Part shown: positions 27,701 to 36,664 of the stretch, piece after piece | How positions within the stretch are numbered: the first letter of the stretch is position 1 | How the letters are laid out: the number at the start of each line of letters is the position of its first letter | Made by a program: the position numbers and the translations under genes | Notes under the pieces: model-generated | Told to the model about the DNA's origin: nothing | The model's database searches: none | The model's input: the letters and a program-made list of their open reading frames with translations, nothing else | From: a virus | Length of the DNA: 64,000 nucleotides | Strand: one strand, 5' to 3' | IMG/VR virus record: IMGVR_UViG_3300009506_000001 | Coordinates: 1-64,000 of that record

Positions 27701-28069
27701 GTTGATCTGACGGACCTTGTTACTGGGCAGCCTGTTAGTCCTGATTTCAATCTTCCAGAGAAGCCTGCACAGACTACACGCCGTGCAGCTGGTCCAAGAG
27801 CTCCTCGTCAGGCCACGGAAGGCGGTGGCACAAAATCACAGCGTGCTCTTACTAGGTACAATGAGATGACGGCTGAGAATGGACGTGCTCCATCCCGTAG
27901 TGAGTTTATGCAGGTGCTTATGGACGATCCATTCAACATGTCCAGTGCTGGTGCTCAGACATATTACTACAACGTCAAGAAGAAAGCACAGCAGGCTAAC
28001 GAAGGCGTTCGGGCAGGGCGTCCTTTGGGATTGTCCGATCTATTTGACGCTTACTTGAGGTCGAAATAA
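24776..28069 (+). CDS. 1097-aa protein with PcfJ-like domain; candidate internal head protein
   Basis: REGKALQNCIG PcfJ-like motif; C-terminal MSSAGAQTYYYNVKK helical domain; late promoter. Confidence 0.75.
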   Translation: MRVFEFYTANTLEMIIEANVMNVKDEYQGTSIHNFLNNYVDSFRTKEAKQMWLKKLAKLFINDNRYLNVVRDLPADAPEWAQKAAATGDLFYFQPTPELKDHMDHLSHYVAGLEADMTGNNPDAKAYANREFQGFMKAENLETLVKKSNEYFKRGSKKAGRDIEGMTKLMDVDGGFSWWKLDTQAAYAREGKALQNCIGSHWTKAKTDQGGYSIVVMKNHNMESVVAARISNKSNALDEMKGKNNKPPIPKYMPGVQALMNKFKLDANRGALYDIKRAGYYYQDQKLYTKAQAARDLVQANPITKISNRLTMNEITSSNQELLKDLYGTNYSQYRNYSPEEIGKVYDVRTKDNIPLLSAVVVQGELTHLQRYIQPTINQGAMHEAAEQSMKDTTARQFLSALMRMGLVKTVTPKLQREIFWNDKMAYNAEKGDFEETKADEDVTVDKKQHRWQAYTGSSVRDLANSLRREHVYTSDQEKDKKERAFLDSVNRIYVTTAAKATGEQGRETDKILALAVNPKGETAPYIIRGADVHRGKTLYDRDNNLDEKTLNSIIGLANAKDFSIPRTLLIRHGIGKTKDGHYSREVLSVKPESMAGDIPAKKWDFTKIPIEDRLAAVVRAITEDIRSNKDHWNPGKTDEFGIMKALREFTTGSTWGDWEEADFYWGDKDTKKWLSDHFAGKIPDGLISVDIGYGHDKKHAINMLTHGNKIIQIDDDSKNNNWQKWDDFETITEQLNKFAKANHLTFDPQSTNKSKEFNVDKQGQIRPEAALKKEQIERLRSQGRYGKEGVDELPFANGAKLKRMDPEQQGKWLRLGIEKKTAGEAWYLEMPDGSTPAAFFVSKGKVTQMYHTASRTETEAQTQRLGARSKVGVTLPTERGPRRAELPYIKAAAEKFGWQMGPQMQFSARNRLTSVLQDYDARGTRNRYSIKPTTERPLVNLGLLNAERRGRHMVTMSVSHKGKQVLRHIAAGTPVDLTDLVTGQPVSPDFNLPEKPAQTTRRAAGPRAPRQATEGGGTKSQRALTRYNEMTAENGRAPSRSEFMQVLMDDPFNMSSAGAQTYYYNVKKKAQQANEGVRAGRPLGLSDLFDAYLRSK

Positions 28070-28071
28070 GA

Positions 28072-28091
28072 GAAGGGCCTTTCGGCCCTTC
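28072..28091. terminator. Hairpin between convergent genes
   Basis: gaagggcc-tttc-ggcccttc. Confidence 0.7.
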
Positions 28092-28092
28092 G

Positions 28093-29262
28093 TTATAGGT
28101 TAGAGTCAAGCACCCACACGTTGTCCACTTCGCCAAACTCTGGCAGCTGAACAGCCATGTAGTGCTGCCTTACAGCAGCTTCTGGCACAGACTTGTCGTC
28201 ACGAGAAGACTGGCGACGAAGCACTTCTGCCAAAGGAATTGGCATCATTACCGCAATTACAAAGTAACCGTGCTTACGAGCCTCGTCAATGAAGAACCGA
28301 CGACGCTTCTTGGACAAGTTTGTGTTGTCCACAACCACGTCCTTGCCAGTCTTTATCAGCTCAACAAAGTGCTTGTTAGCTTTGTTGTTGAACGCACCGT
28401 CCTTGATCTGTCGCTCGTATGCCAAACGATACATTTCCTTTGAAGTCATCTGGCCGTATGCCAACTGCTGGTACTCAGCGTCGGTGCAATACCAATCCAA
28501 ACGGAGATCGTCCCACGAGAACTTCTCCACATCTGAAAGTGTACTCATGAACGTGGACTTGCCCGTACCGGATGCACCGATTGGCATGTACAGAACTGGC
28601 TGCGATAACTCACGTTCACGCTTCCGCTCGGCGTTCATAACATTCTCGACGAGATCGTTGAATCCCTCGATCCAGCTATGAACTTTCGCACGCTTCTCAA
28701 CGTAGTCATCGCTCATGCGACCGTACGTATCGGCAAGCAGCATGTTCGTGAAAGCGGTTGGACCGTCTTCATCAAACAGTTCCAAAGCCGTCAGTGCGAT
28801 GTTGTGCAGCTTGTCGGCTTTCTTGATTCCCCATGGCAGGTGCTTCTCGATTATCCAACCAACACGATAGATGTCGGAGGATGTGAACTCGAAGCGTTCC
28901 ACCAAGTCGGAAAAGTTGGTTGCTGCCCAGTCCTCCCACAGACGAGCGGAGATCTGCTCATGACCACCGAATGACTTGTAGTGGCCACGCTCTGGCTTGT
29001 ACTTGATCCCGTTCTGTTCGCAGGCTGCAGGCTTTCCTACATCGTGAAATGCACAGGCCAAAGCACCCAGCAAGTCTGCCCACTTCCACTCCTTTGGAGC
29101 GAAAGTCATGTAGCTAGACACCACCATATCAGTGTGAGTAGCGATGTTTCGCTCACGGTGCCATGGAGACTCCTCCGCAATATTGGCCATGTTACGGTAA
29201 AGTGGAGTGAGCTGGAACTCGTTGAAATACCAATACAAAAATCTGGAACGGAAATCCATCAT
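28093..29262 (-). CDS. HD phosphohydrolase fused to a P-loop (PNK/AAA_33-like) kinase
   Basis: WHRE..HT, HDVGK, GHE, LADTYGR; GASGTGKST, VVDNTN, RQSSR. Confidence 0.85.
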   Translation of the reverse strand: MMDFRSRFLYWYFNEFQLTPLYRNMANIAEESPWHRERNIATHTDMVVSSYMTFAPKEWKWADLLGALACAFHDVGKPAACEQNGIKYKPERGHYKSFGGHEQISARLWEDWAATNFSDLVERFEFTSSDIYRVGWIIEKHLPWGIKKADKLHNIALTALELFDEDGPTAFTNMLLADTYGRMSDDYVEKRAKVHSWIEGFNDLVENVMNAERKRERELSQPVLYMPIGASGTGKSTFMSTLSDVEKFSWDDLRLDWYCTDAEYQQLAYGQMTSKEMYRLAYERQIKDGAFNNKANKHFVELIKTGKDVVVDNTNLSKKRRRFFIDEARKHGYFVIAVMMPIPLAEVLRRQSSRDDKSVPEAAVRQHYMAVQLPEFGEVDNVWVLDSNL

Positions 29263-29285
29263 TGAATCCTCTTTTAACAGCTTGC

Positions 29286-29314
29286 ATTATCTGAAATTTT
29301 GGGGTAAAAGTCAA
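29286..29314 (-). promoter_or_regulatory. Sigma70-type promoter
   Basis: TTGACT-N17-GATAAT upstream of the HD-kinase gene. Confidence 0.7.
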
Positions 29315-30867
29315 CCGAAAACCATTGGCATTGGGTCGTCGTCTTCAGGGTTAGACGATCCTTGGCCGTTGTTGTCAAACCAGTTGTCTTCTTTGAATGC
29401 ATATAGTTTGTTGTATGCATTTTGGTCATAGGATGAAATCTCTTCCAATATACGCATAATGATCAATATGGCCGAGATGCTGTCATCTGTGCCACCAATC
29501 TGGGCGGCGTAGGAACCAGACTTACGAACGTACATTTTCAACTCTTTCAGTGTCATAACAGAGTTGAGTTTTAGGTTTCCTTTCTCAACCATCTCCTTAA
29601 AGTTGACACAAGCACGCATTTTGGACTTAGCTGTGGTCGTCATGCCACGACGAGTTGCTCCTGGCTCAGAAACAAATTCGGCTGTTTCGATTGGCTGCTC
29701 ATCGGCTTCATACAATGATATAATACCTTCGCCAACACCATTATTCTCAACTGAGAAGTACACTTGTCCACCTTCCTTCTCTATGTAACGAATGACATTC
29801 TTTAAGACATTGTAGACGTGTGGAGGCGACATGGAGTTCGAGCGGAACTCAGCGACCTGTTCCATATTTGGAAACTGGAAGACAGTGATGACACTAAAGT
29901 CTTCACCGGAACCCGTAGACGGATCGACCCCCACCAAGTAAGTAGACTCACTTTCAATCTTCTTCCAAAAGTGAACCTCACGTAGATCAAACTTAGGTGG
30001 CAGGTTGTCTGCCAGTTCAAATCTCTTAGATTCGTTTGCAAGCCATATCGAGTCAAGCAAGAGAGCATCGGACGACAGGAAGATGCACTCGAACTCCTGC
30101 TCCCACTTTCTCTGCCCAAACTTACCGATCATTGCTTCCTTGAATGCCTCATCACGGCCAGGTGGAGCATCCCACTTAACCCACTTCGAATGGAAACCGT
30201 TGACACCAATTTCAGCACCTCGCCAAAGCTGTGCAAAGAGATTCATATCACCATTTGGTGTAGAGGTAATAATACAGTCACCACCTGTAGACAAGGTAGG
30301 TGCGATAGCGGCCCAGAACTCTTCCGCAATGTTAGGAGCAACGAAAGCAAACTCGTCAAGATATAGGAGGGAGATGGACATGCCTCGACCAGAGTCTTCT
30401 GACGTTGCTGTTGATTCTATTCTTGATCCGTTATCAAAGCCAACGCTGTGTTTGTTCCATCCATCATCGACAACACCAGGCTTTAACCACATTGGTAAGT
30501 GCTCATATGCGTAACGAATACGAGCAATCATTTCTTTAGCACCTTTCTCTTTGTTGGATGCTATAAGGATCGTCTTATCAAAATTGAAGATTGAGTACCA
30601 AAGGAGGTACGCAGAGGCAGTTGTTGATTTACCAGTCTGTCGAGCGGAAAGGATGATGTTATCTCTGTTCTTCCAGTACATCGTTATCAGCTCACGCTGA
30701 TACTCATATAGCTCAAAGTGAACAGCACCTTTCGTTGGATGAACGATCTTTACATACTTCTCGATGAAGTATAGAGGATTCTCCATACACTTCTCAAACT
30801 CGAGAACCTGTTCAGGAGTGAATTCCGTTTCTTCGTGGGCCTTCTTGATAAACCTATTCTTTGCCAT
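29311..30867 (-). CDS. Terminase large subunit (T4 gp17-like)
   Basis: LYEYQ, ARQTGKS, YLDEFAF, TSTPNG, QEFEC, GVDPS, VENN, DDS. Confidence 0.95.
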   Translation of the reverse strand: MAKNRFIKKAHEETEFTPEQVLEFEKCMENPLYFIEKYVKIVHPTKGAVHFELYEYQRELITMYWKNRDNIILSARQTGKSTTASAYLLWYSIFNFDKTILIASNKEKGAKEMIARIRYAYEHLPMWLKPGVVDDGWNKHSVGFDNGSRIESTATSEDSGRGMSISLLYLDEFAFVAPNIAEEFWAAIAPTLSTGGDCIITSTPNGDMNLFAQLWRGAEIGVNGFHSKWVKWDAPPGRDEAFKEAMIGKFGQRKWEQEFECIFLSSDALLLDSIWLANESKRFELADNLPPKFDLREVHFWKKIESESTYLVGVDPSTGSGEDFSVITVFQFPNMEQVAEFRSNSMSPPHVYNVLKNVIRYIEKEGGQVYFSVENNGVGEGIISLYEADEQPIETAEFVSEPGATRRGMTTTAKSKMRACVNFKEMVEKGNLKLNSVMTLKELKMYVRKSGSYAAQIGGTDDSISAILIIMRILEEISSYDQNAYNKLYAFKEDNWFDNNGQGSSNPEDDDPMPMVFG

Positions 30868-30907
30868 AACACGACTATTTAGACAGCGTTATGAATAGGG
30901 TTACCAA

Positions 30908-31348
30908 TTACTTCTTGCTTTCCAGCATTTTCATTAGCTGGTTTCGGTCCATAACAATGTTCTCTCTTGCTTGAGACGGATCGGAAGTCATGGCTTTGAC
31001 AACCAACTTATCCTTGTTGGCTTTCACGTTGGCTTTGGAATTGACAGCATTCAGGGCGGCTGTTAGGAACTGGACTGCAACCTCAGCGTTTCGGGCAGCG
31101 TACTTGCCTTCTACTTCTTCACAGACGCCTGTCTGAACCTCAAACTGGGTCATAGCACTTTCGTAGATTTCCTGGAGCTGGTCTTCGATTTCGGCGTCTT
31201 TCTCGTCGTACACACCTTCTATTTTGACTGCTTCCACAGGTACAGCTGGTTCAACAAAATCAACCATTGTTGTTCCTGGCTCTATATCTAGAACCTCCTC
31301 AAGTGGATGTTCCTTTGCCTTTTCCGTCTTTTTTATTTGTCTAGCCAT
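30908..31348 (-). CDS. Putative terminase small subunit
   Basis: Directly upstream of the large subunit; helical; ends DRNQLMKML. Confidence 0.55.
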   Translation of the reverse strand: MARQIKKTEKAKEHPLEEVLDIEPGTTMVDFVEPAVPVEAVKIEGVYDEKDAEIEDQLQEIYESAMTQFEVQTGVCEEVEGKYAARNAEVAVQFLTAALNAVNSKANVKANKDKLVVKAMTSDPSQARENIVMDRNQLMKMLESKK

Positions 31349-31352
31349 AATG

Positions 31353-31790
31353 TCACCTGAATATTTCCCTTTCTGTTAGGACCCTAAACTTCATCCCATA
31401 TTTATCACAGAATTGTTGTGCGGCTTGCCACTTTGCCATGTTTACGGCGTACTGCACATCTTCATAAAGTCGGTTCTTTGAGTTGCGAGAACGAGAGCGT
31501 TTGGTTTGGCTATGTGGCTTGACTTCCCAGACTTCCTGTATCTGTTGTCCAGCCTTGTTACGAAAAAGGACCCAGTAGTCCGGAAAGTACCTGTGTACAC
31601 GGTTGTCTGTTGGTTTCAGGTAGGGAATAACCAGCTCTTCAGACGACCACTTCAGAATGTTGGGATTGTTATCCAGGAACTGGTGTGTTTTCAGTTCCCA
31701 TGAGGACATATAGCGAATCTTCATTGGATCGCCAACGTACTTTTCTGGATGTTTTAGTTGATACCAACCTTGCCGAAATCTAGAAGCCAT
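31353..31790 (-). CDS. Head completion nuclease (T4 gp4-like)
   Basis: PEKYVGD, YMSSWE, WSSE, HRYFPD, EVKP, KWQAA. Confidence 0.9.
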   Translation of the reverse strand: MASRFRQGWYQLKHPEKYVGDPMKIRYMSSWELKTHQFLDNNPNILKWSSEELVIPYLKPTDNRVHRYFPDYWVLFRNKAGQQIQEVWEVKPHSQTKRSRSRNSKNRLYEDVQYAVNMAKWQAAQQFCDKYGMKFRVLTEREIFR

Positions 31791-31798
31791 GCCCCTAT

Positions 31799-32827
31799 TT
31801 AGAAGCTAAATGGTCCGGCGTTCACAACTGGACCATCAACCTTAATTGGATATGCTGGTGGCAGATCAAGTGAATTGACAGACTCTTCGGTAAATGCACC
31901 CTTATAGCTGATCTCGAATGCGTCATATACAAACGTGCCCTCAACTGTGGAAGGACCACTCTGCTCCCAATCCAACTCATTGAAACGAATCTCAGTGAAC
32001 TTTGGATTTCGATATGTGTAGATGACTGCTTTCTTACCAAACTCTATAATGTGCATCACTTGTATAGATTTAAGGATCTGAATGTTGCCAAGATCAGAAC
32101 TGGATGGTAGGACTCCGGTCCCTGCTGCATAATCCAGTCCAGGTTGGTTTGTGTTAATTCCACCTGTTGCTCGATCTGGAGTTCTCAGATCCTCTGTTAG
32201 AAGAGATGCTGTTTCGGCAGCGTTCCAATCCATTCCAGATTCTTCATATTCGCTTGCATAAGCATCTTCCATAATGTTTGTGATAGGACTCATCAAACGG
32301 ATGTACGTATTCCACCAGCTTCCTGTTGCATCTTTCAAGTCGTCATACATTGTGATGGTTGCAGGTTGAAATTCAGAGCGTCGAAGAACCTGAGTACGGT
32401 AATTGTACATATTGACTTCTTCATATTGGTAATTCATATTGGGGCGGGTCGCCTGTTTCACAAACCAATAAGGTGCACCATCAGGAAAAGCTGTGCCACC
32501 AAATAGTGTCTGGAAGTCCGGATACAACTCAAACTTCGTTGCAAACATGAACGGAAATTTTGGTGGCTGCAAGGCCGAGAAGAAACTTGCATAAGGTGTT
32601 GGGGGACAGCGAAGTTCATTTAGTGCACTTGAAAACTGCCCGGCTACAATATCACCACGCTTGAAAGCATTGACGCCACCTTCAATACGATCACCAATGT
32701 TCTCCAGCGTTTGCTGAACATTATCATAGTCACGACGAAGATCACGGGTACGGAAAGATGGGGATCGGCCACCCAAATTGGTACCTGTTGTTGTAAAACT
32801 TGTCAAACACATGCGTGGATCTGGCAT
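31799..32827 (-). CDS. Tail-tube-fold protein (tube initiator, gp54/gp48-like)
   Basis: VKQATRP, F.PATITMYDD, Y.NP..I.F.ELD; next to gp19; late promoter at 32849-56. Confidence 0.65.
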   Translation of the reverse strand: MPDPRMCLTSFTTTGTNLGGRSPSFRTRDLRRDYDNVQQTLENIGDRIEGGVNAFKRGDIVAGQFSSALNELRCPPTPYASFFSALQPPKFPFMFATKFELYPDFQTLFGGTAFPDGAPYWFVKQATRPNMNYQYEEVNMYNYRTQVLRRSEFQPATITMYDDLKDATGSWWNTYIRLMSPITNIMEDAYASEYEESGMDWNAAETASLLTEDLRTPDRATGGINTNQPGLDYAAGTGVLPSSSDLGNIQILKSIQVMHIIEFGKKAVIYTYRNPKFTEIRFNELDWEQSGPSTVEGTFVYDAFEISYKGAFTEESVNSLDLPPAYPIKVDGPVVNAGPFSF

Positions 32828-32870
32828 ACTATCTCCTTATTGTGGGAGTATTTATGTTTGGGAACCAGGC

Positions 32871-32898
32871 AAAAAAGAGGGTGCTTTTGCACCCTCTT
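32871..32898 (-). terminator. Rho-independent terminator after the tail tube gene
   Basis: aagagggtgc-N4-gcaccctctt followed by a U-tract on minus. Confidence 0.8.
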
Positions 32899-32947
32899 AA
32901 CCACTTCCTGTGGAGCTTTCGTCCTTGATTACTTCCTCCGTGAAGTA

Positions 32948-33541
32948 TTAGTTGTTATCCTGGCCTGGACCACCTGTTGCAACACCCTGACCCTGATCAT
33001 ATCCACCAATCAACTGGCGAGCATGGTCGTAGCGAATCATCATTGTGATCTTCACAGGCTCACTTCCGGAGTAATCAAGTTCACCCCAATCTATGTTTTG
33101 TAGCCAGCAACCTTCAACGAACCACTGTTCAATAACGGTTTCGTTACCATCCAGCAGGTCAAGTGTTGTAACAAACTTGTAGAGAGAACCCTCACCACGT
33201 GCTGCCAACCACTGTCCTTCAGAACCAATCAACCACTGCTGTGCCTGCTCCTGATCCTGAATGACTCTTGATGCTGTACCCGTAACGTCATCTTCAACCG
33301 TTAGTGTCATTGGCTCAAAGTTGTGCTTACCAGCAACCCAAGCGACAGAATTGTAACGGTGTAGAGGAACTTCTTCAAAGTTCAATACTGGTCGTGTAAC
33401 AGTAACAGCCTGCATTGACAGTGGCTGGGAGTCAACACCTCCACCCATGTTACTGAACGTAACACGCCATCTGTTGTTTAGCTTTGGCTGTAGAATACCA
33501 TTACCAACGCCTGGGATTCCGATATCGTTTATAGTTGCCAT
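32948..33541 (-). CDS. Tail tube protein (T4 gp19-like)
   Basis: QPKLNNRWRV, AGKHNFEP, GCW...GELDY, IRYDHA; TATAAATA at 33568-75. Confidence 0.9.
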   Translation of the reverse strand: MATINDIGIPGVGNGILQPKLNNRWRVTFSNMGGGVDSQPLSMQAVTVTRPVLNFEEVPLHRYNSVAWVAGKHNFEPMTLTVEDDVTGTASRVIQDQEQAQQWLIGSEGQWLAARGEGSLYKFVTTLDLLDGNETVIEQWFVEGCWLQNIDWGELDYSGSEPVKITMMIRYDHARQLIGGYDQGQGVATGGPGQDNN

Positions 33542-33595
33542 GTCGTTTTTCCTTAAATGTTTAACATTATTTATATTATCAGCGTTATCTCTCTA

Positions 33596-35812
33596 TTAGA
33601 TCTCAGCCCCAGTAGAGACGATTCTGATTGGTATATAAATGAATTCAGCAGCCTTGACTGGCTTCAATGCCACGTCAATGTACATCTCGTTACGGTCAAT
33701 ACGAGCTGGTGTATTATTTGTTTCATCACAAATCGTAGCAAAGTCATACAAACCACGCTTGACGACGATGTCGCTCAAGAATGCATCCACAACAGCCTTC
33801 AAGTTATTACGTGTTAGCTGATCGTTTGGCTGGAACACAAAGCTCATTGTATTCTTACGTAGCTGACGACGGATGTACGCAATCAGACGAGTAACATTGA
33901 TGCGGTCAAGAGCACTTGCATCTGGTGCAGATGTCTTCTGACCCCAAACCAGAATACCACGACCTGGGAAGAACGCAATTGGGTTAACATTGACAAAGTA
34001 GCGATATAGATCGTCACGCTGTCCCTGATCAACATAAGTTGGAACAAATGTTGTTGGTAGTCCGAGAGTACCGGACACATAACCAAGCTCAGATACGCCT
34101 GTAACAAGACCACGACGAGTACCTGCTGGTGCAAACCAAACCTCAGAAACGCTGTCACTGTATGCCCAAGTCTTCAGTGCTGTACCAGAAGGAGCTACAA
34201 CAATCTCCTTACCATCGACATTTGTAACAACCTGCCATGGGTAGTAGTAAGAGATCAAGTTACTTGATGCACGATCTGCTGTCTGTGCCCAAGCAACAGC
34301 CTGGGAAGGTGTCATGTAAGAAGGTGTGTCACCAATTACAACAGCCTCCTGCTTGATAGCATTGCTAACTGCTAGATCAACTAGCTCAGCATTTGTTTCC
34401 CAGTAACCTGGGCAAACGATAATGTTGTATTCAAAGTTCTCAGAGCGAACATCGCTGTTACCAACAATCTCTGCCTGTAGAGCTGTCACAATAGCCGTAC
34501 GACGGGCAGCATCGTTAGCACCTAGGCTTGTTAGGTTAAAGAACTCATGTGTGTACTTGTAGTCATCTGCAGCAGCGATCAGATCGTCTGCAGCATCCTG
34601 TGCTGTCCACTCTTCTGGGAAGGATGGATTAGAACCAGCACCTGGGAATGTACCATCGGAACCTGGACCAACTGTATCACCGTTTGCATTAATGTTATTG
34701 GTTGTACCAGAACGACCTTCGATACCAACATATGGTGGTGCAACTGCTGGCTGGTCAAAGCCGTTAGGAAATACATCCAAACCACCGGTTAGAGAGGAGT
34801 CATCCTCAAATGTTGCTTCTACGTTTGAGAAGGAATACAGAGGATAAACAACATCGGTCATTGCATCGTTTAGCAGAGATAGGTACTCGGAAGAATCAAT
34901 TGTCTCCTTGTAACCATCAACACCGGTTGTAGTTGTTGCTGTGTAGCCATCTGGGCTACCTGGAACCATTGTCTGGAAGAAGCCAGGAGTTGTCATAACA
35001 ACAGATGTGCTAGAACCTAGCTCTGTACCACCACCGTTAACAGCATCGCTCTTGATCTGGATGGCACCAGATACTAGTGTTGCTGTTGCAGCAGAGCCAA
35101 GCTGGGCATTAATGTCATTTAGTAGCGATCCAACATTGTGAACGTCTGGAGAACCTGCTGGTGTACCACCTGGGGAACCAACACCTGGAAGTGGGGAACC
35201 TGTTGGTGCACTCAAAGTTAGGACAATTGGAGTACCATCAACAGTAACTGTGGCTGTATCACCTGCAACAACGTTTAGCACTGTTGCATTTGTCAAAGCT
35301 GCCGTGTAAGATAAAGTAACGTAGGCATTTACCCAAGGATCACCTGGGAACTTCTGGTTTGTTAGGTTTGTCTCTGTAAGGTAAGTATTGACAAGGTTTT
35401 CCAATACAAAGGAAGCTTCCGTAACCTTCGTATCCCAAAGGGTGCGAAGATTGTCAATGTTGTCATCAAGGTTAACATTTGCACGAACCACATATGCAAG
35501 GGAACCCTGATTCAAATACTGTTGCAGAGCAGCCAGACCGTACTCGTTACGAGCATCGCCATCGTGACGGTTTCCAGAAGAATCTTCTAGGAAAGCTGGA
35601 ACACCGTAAAGTTCCAGAGCTGTCTTCTGAGAAGTAACGGTTCGAACAACACCACTCTCATAAGTGCCTGGTGCTGGCGTCACACCGTCCTGCTGGACTT
35701 TTTCATCCTGTGTTGCGATGAAGAACAAAGGAACTGTGGAAGAGCCTGCTGGAATGAAAAAGCTCTCATCAGTTACCGTTACACTTACACCTGGGCTTAC
35801 TAATGTTGCCAT
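33596..35812 (-). CDS. Tail sheath protein (T4 gp18-like)
   Basis: LVSPGVSV, WFAPAGTRRG, WGQKT, LDRINV, DETNNTP, KPVKAAEFIYI; TATAAATA at 35868-75. Confidence 0.95.
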   Translation of the reverse strand: MATLVSPGVSVTVTDESFFIPAGSSTVPLFFIATQDEKVQQDGVTPAPGTYESGVVRTVTSQKTALELYGVPAFLEDSSGNRHDGDARNEYGLAALQQYLNQGSLAYVVRANVNLDDNIDNLRTLWDTKVTEASFVLENLVNTYLTETNLTNQKFPGDPWVNAYVTLSYTAALTNATVLNVVAGDTATVTVDGTPIVLTLSAPTGSPLPGVGSPGGTPAGSPDVHNVGSLLNDINAQLGSAATATLVSGAIQIKSDAVNGGGTELGSSTSVVMTTPGFFQTMVPGSPDGYTATTTTGVDGYKETIDSSEYLSLLNDAMTDVVYPLYSFSNVEATFEDDSSLTGGLDVFPNGFDQPAVAPPYVGIEGRSGTTNNINANGDTVGPGSDGTFPGAGSNPSFPEEWTAQDAADDLIAAADDYKYTHEFFNLTSLGANDAARRTAIVTALQAEIVGNSDVRSENFEYNIIVCPGYWETNAELVDLAVSNAIKQEAVVIGDTPSYMTPSQAVAWAQTADRASSNLISYYYPWQVVTNVDGKEIVVAPSGTALKTWAYSDSVSEVWFAPAGTRRGLVTGVSELGYVSGTLGLPTTFVPTYVDQGQRDDLYRYFVNVNPIAFFPGRGILVWGQKTSAPDASALDRINVTRLIAYIRRQLRKNTMSFVFQPNDQLTRNNLKAVVDAFLSDIVVKRGLYDFATICDETNNTPARIDRNEMYIDVALKPVKAAEFIYIPIRIVSTGAEI

Positions 35813-35884
35813 TTTTGTTTCTCCTTACTAGAAATCCTTTACTTTGTATTGTTTAAGATTGTACCTATATTTATATGCGGGACC

Positions 35885-36655
35885 TTAAAAGTCGGGCAAA
35901 TCCAACGTGTCACCGTCAAACCACAGCTCATATCCAATTCCCTGTGCATCCAATTCGGCAACCATTTCCTCGTTTGTTATTGCTGCGTTACTTACGGTGC
36001 CAATTCTGGCGTAAATGTCCTTAACAAACTCATCCTTGAGATTTGCTGGTGCTGATATCCAAATTGGAACCGTAAAAGTCAAATTACTGATCAGCATTCG
36101 ACGATCTGTACCAATAGGGTAATTATCCTCATAATCAACGCCAGTTAGCTCAACTGTTGTTAGTTTGGTCCAATCAAACATTGAATCGTTTATTTGAATT
36201 TGCACAATAGGGTCAAAGACCATCAGCAGCTGTTCCAGAATCTGATAACGCTGTTCGTGGTTGCTTGCCCAGATTGCAACGTTTGTGGTTAGCTTGTACG
36301 GAATAGGCATCTGCTGACGAACAGCTGTAATGTCATCTGGAATAGCACCACCACGTGGCAAATACGTGTTACGACGAACTTGTCCAACACCTTTTCGCAT
36401 GTCGGGGGCGAGTTCAATTCCCGCAACGTTGGCACTCATGATTGGAAGGCGAATAGGTTTATTCTGAGTAAACTGGCCTTTAATCCAAGCCACAACACGA
36501 TCTCTATTACCAAACATAATTGGAACAGAAATAAGCTCCTCCTCGTCAGATCGATCGCTCTTTCCAACAGCCACCTGCAACCCTGCAAATATTGCCATAA
36601 ACTGCAACATGTACTTTTTAATTTGCTGATCGTAATAGTAGTGTTTAATTGCCAT
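35885..36655 (-). CDS. Tail terminator / sheath stabiliser (T4 gp15-like)
   Basis: HYYYDQQIKKY, VPIMFG, LPIMS, PIPY, QILEQ. Confidence 0.85.
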   Translation of the reverse strand: MAIKHYYYDQQIKKYMLQFMAIFAGLQVAVGKSDRSDEEELISVPIMFGNRDRVVAWIKGQFTQNKPIRLPIMSANVAGIELAPDMRKGVGQVRRNTYLPRGGAIPDDITAVRQQMPIPYKLTTNVAIWASNHEQRYQILEQLLMVFDPIVQIQINDSMFDWTKLTTVELTGVDYEDNYPIGTDRRMLISNLTFTVPIWISAPANLKDEFVKDIYARIGTVSNAAITNEEMVAELDAQGIGYELWFDGDTLDLPDF

Positions 36656-36664
36656 GCTAATACC

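Noticed and set aside
29311-30867. Intein or intron in terminase, helicases, UvsX or portal
   Set aside because: Lengths and motif spacing are ordinary; no intein termini or interrupted frames seen
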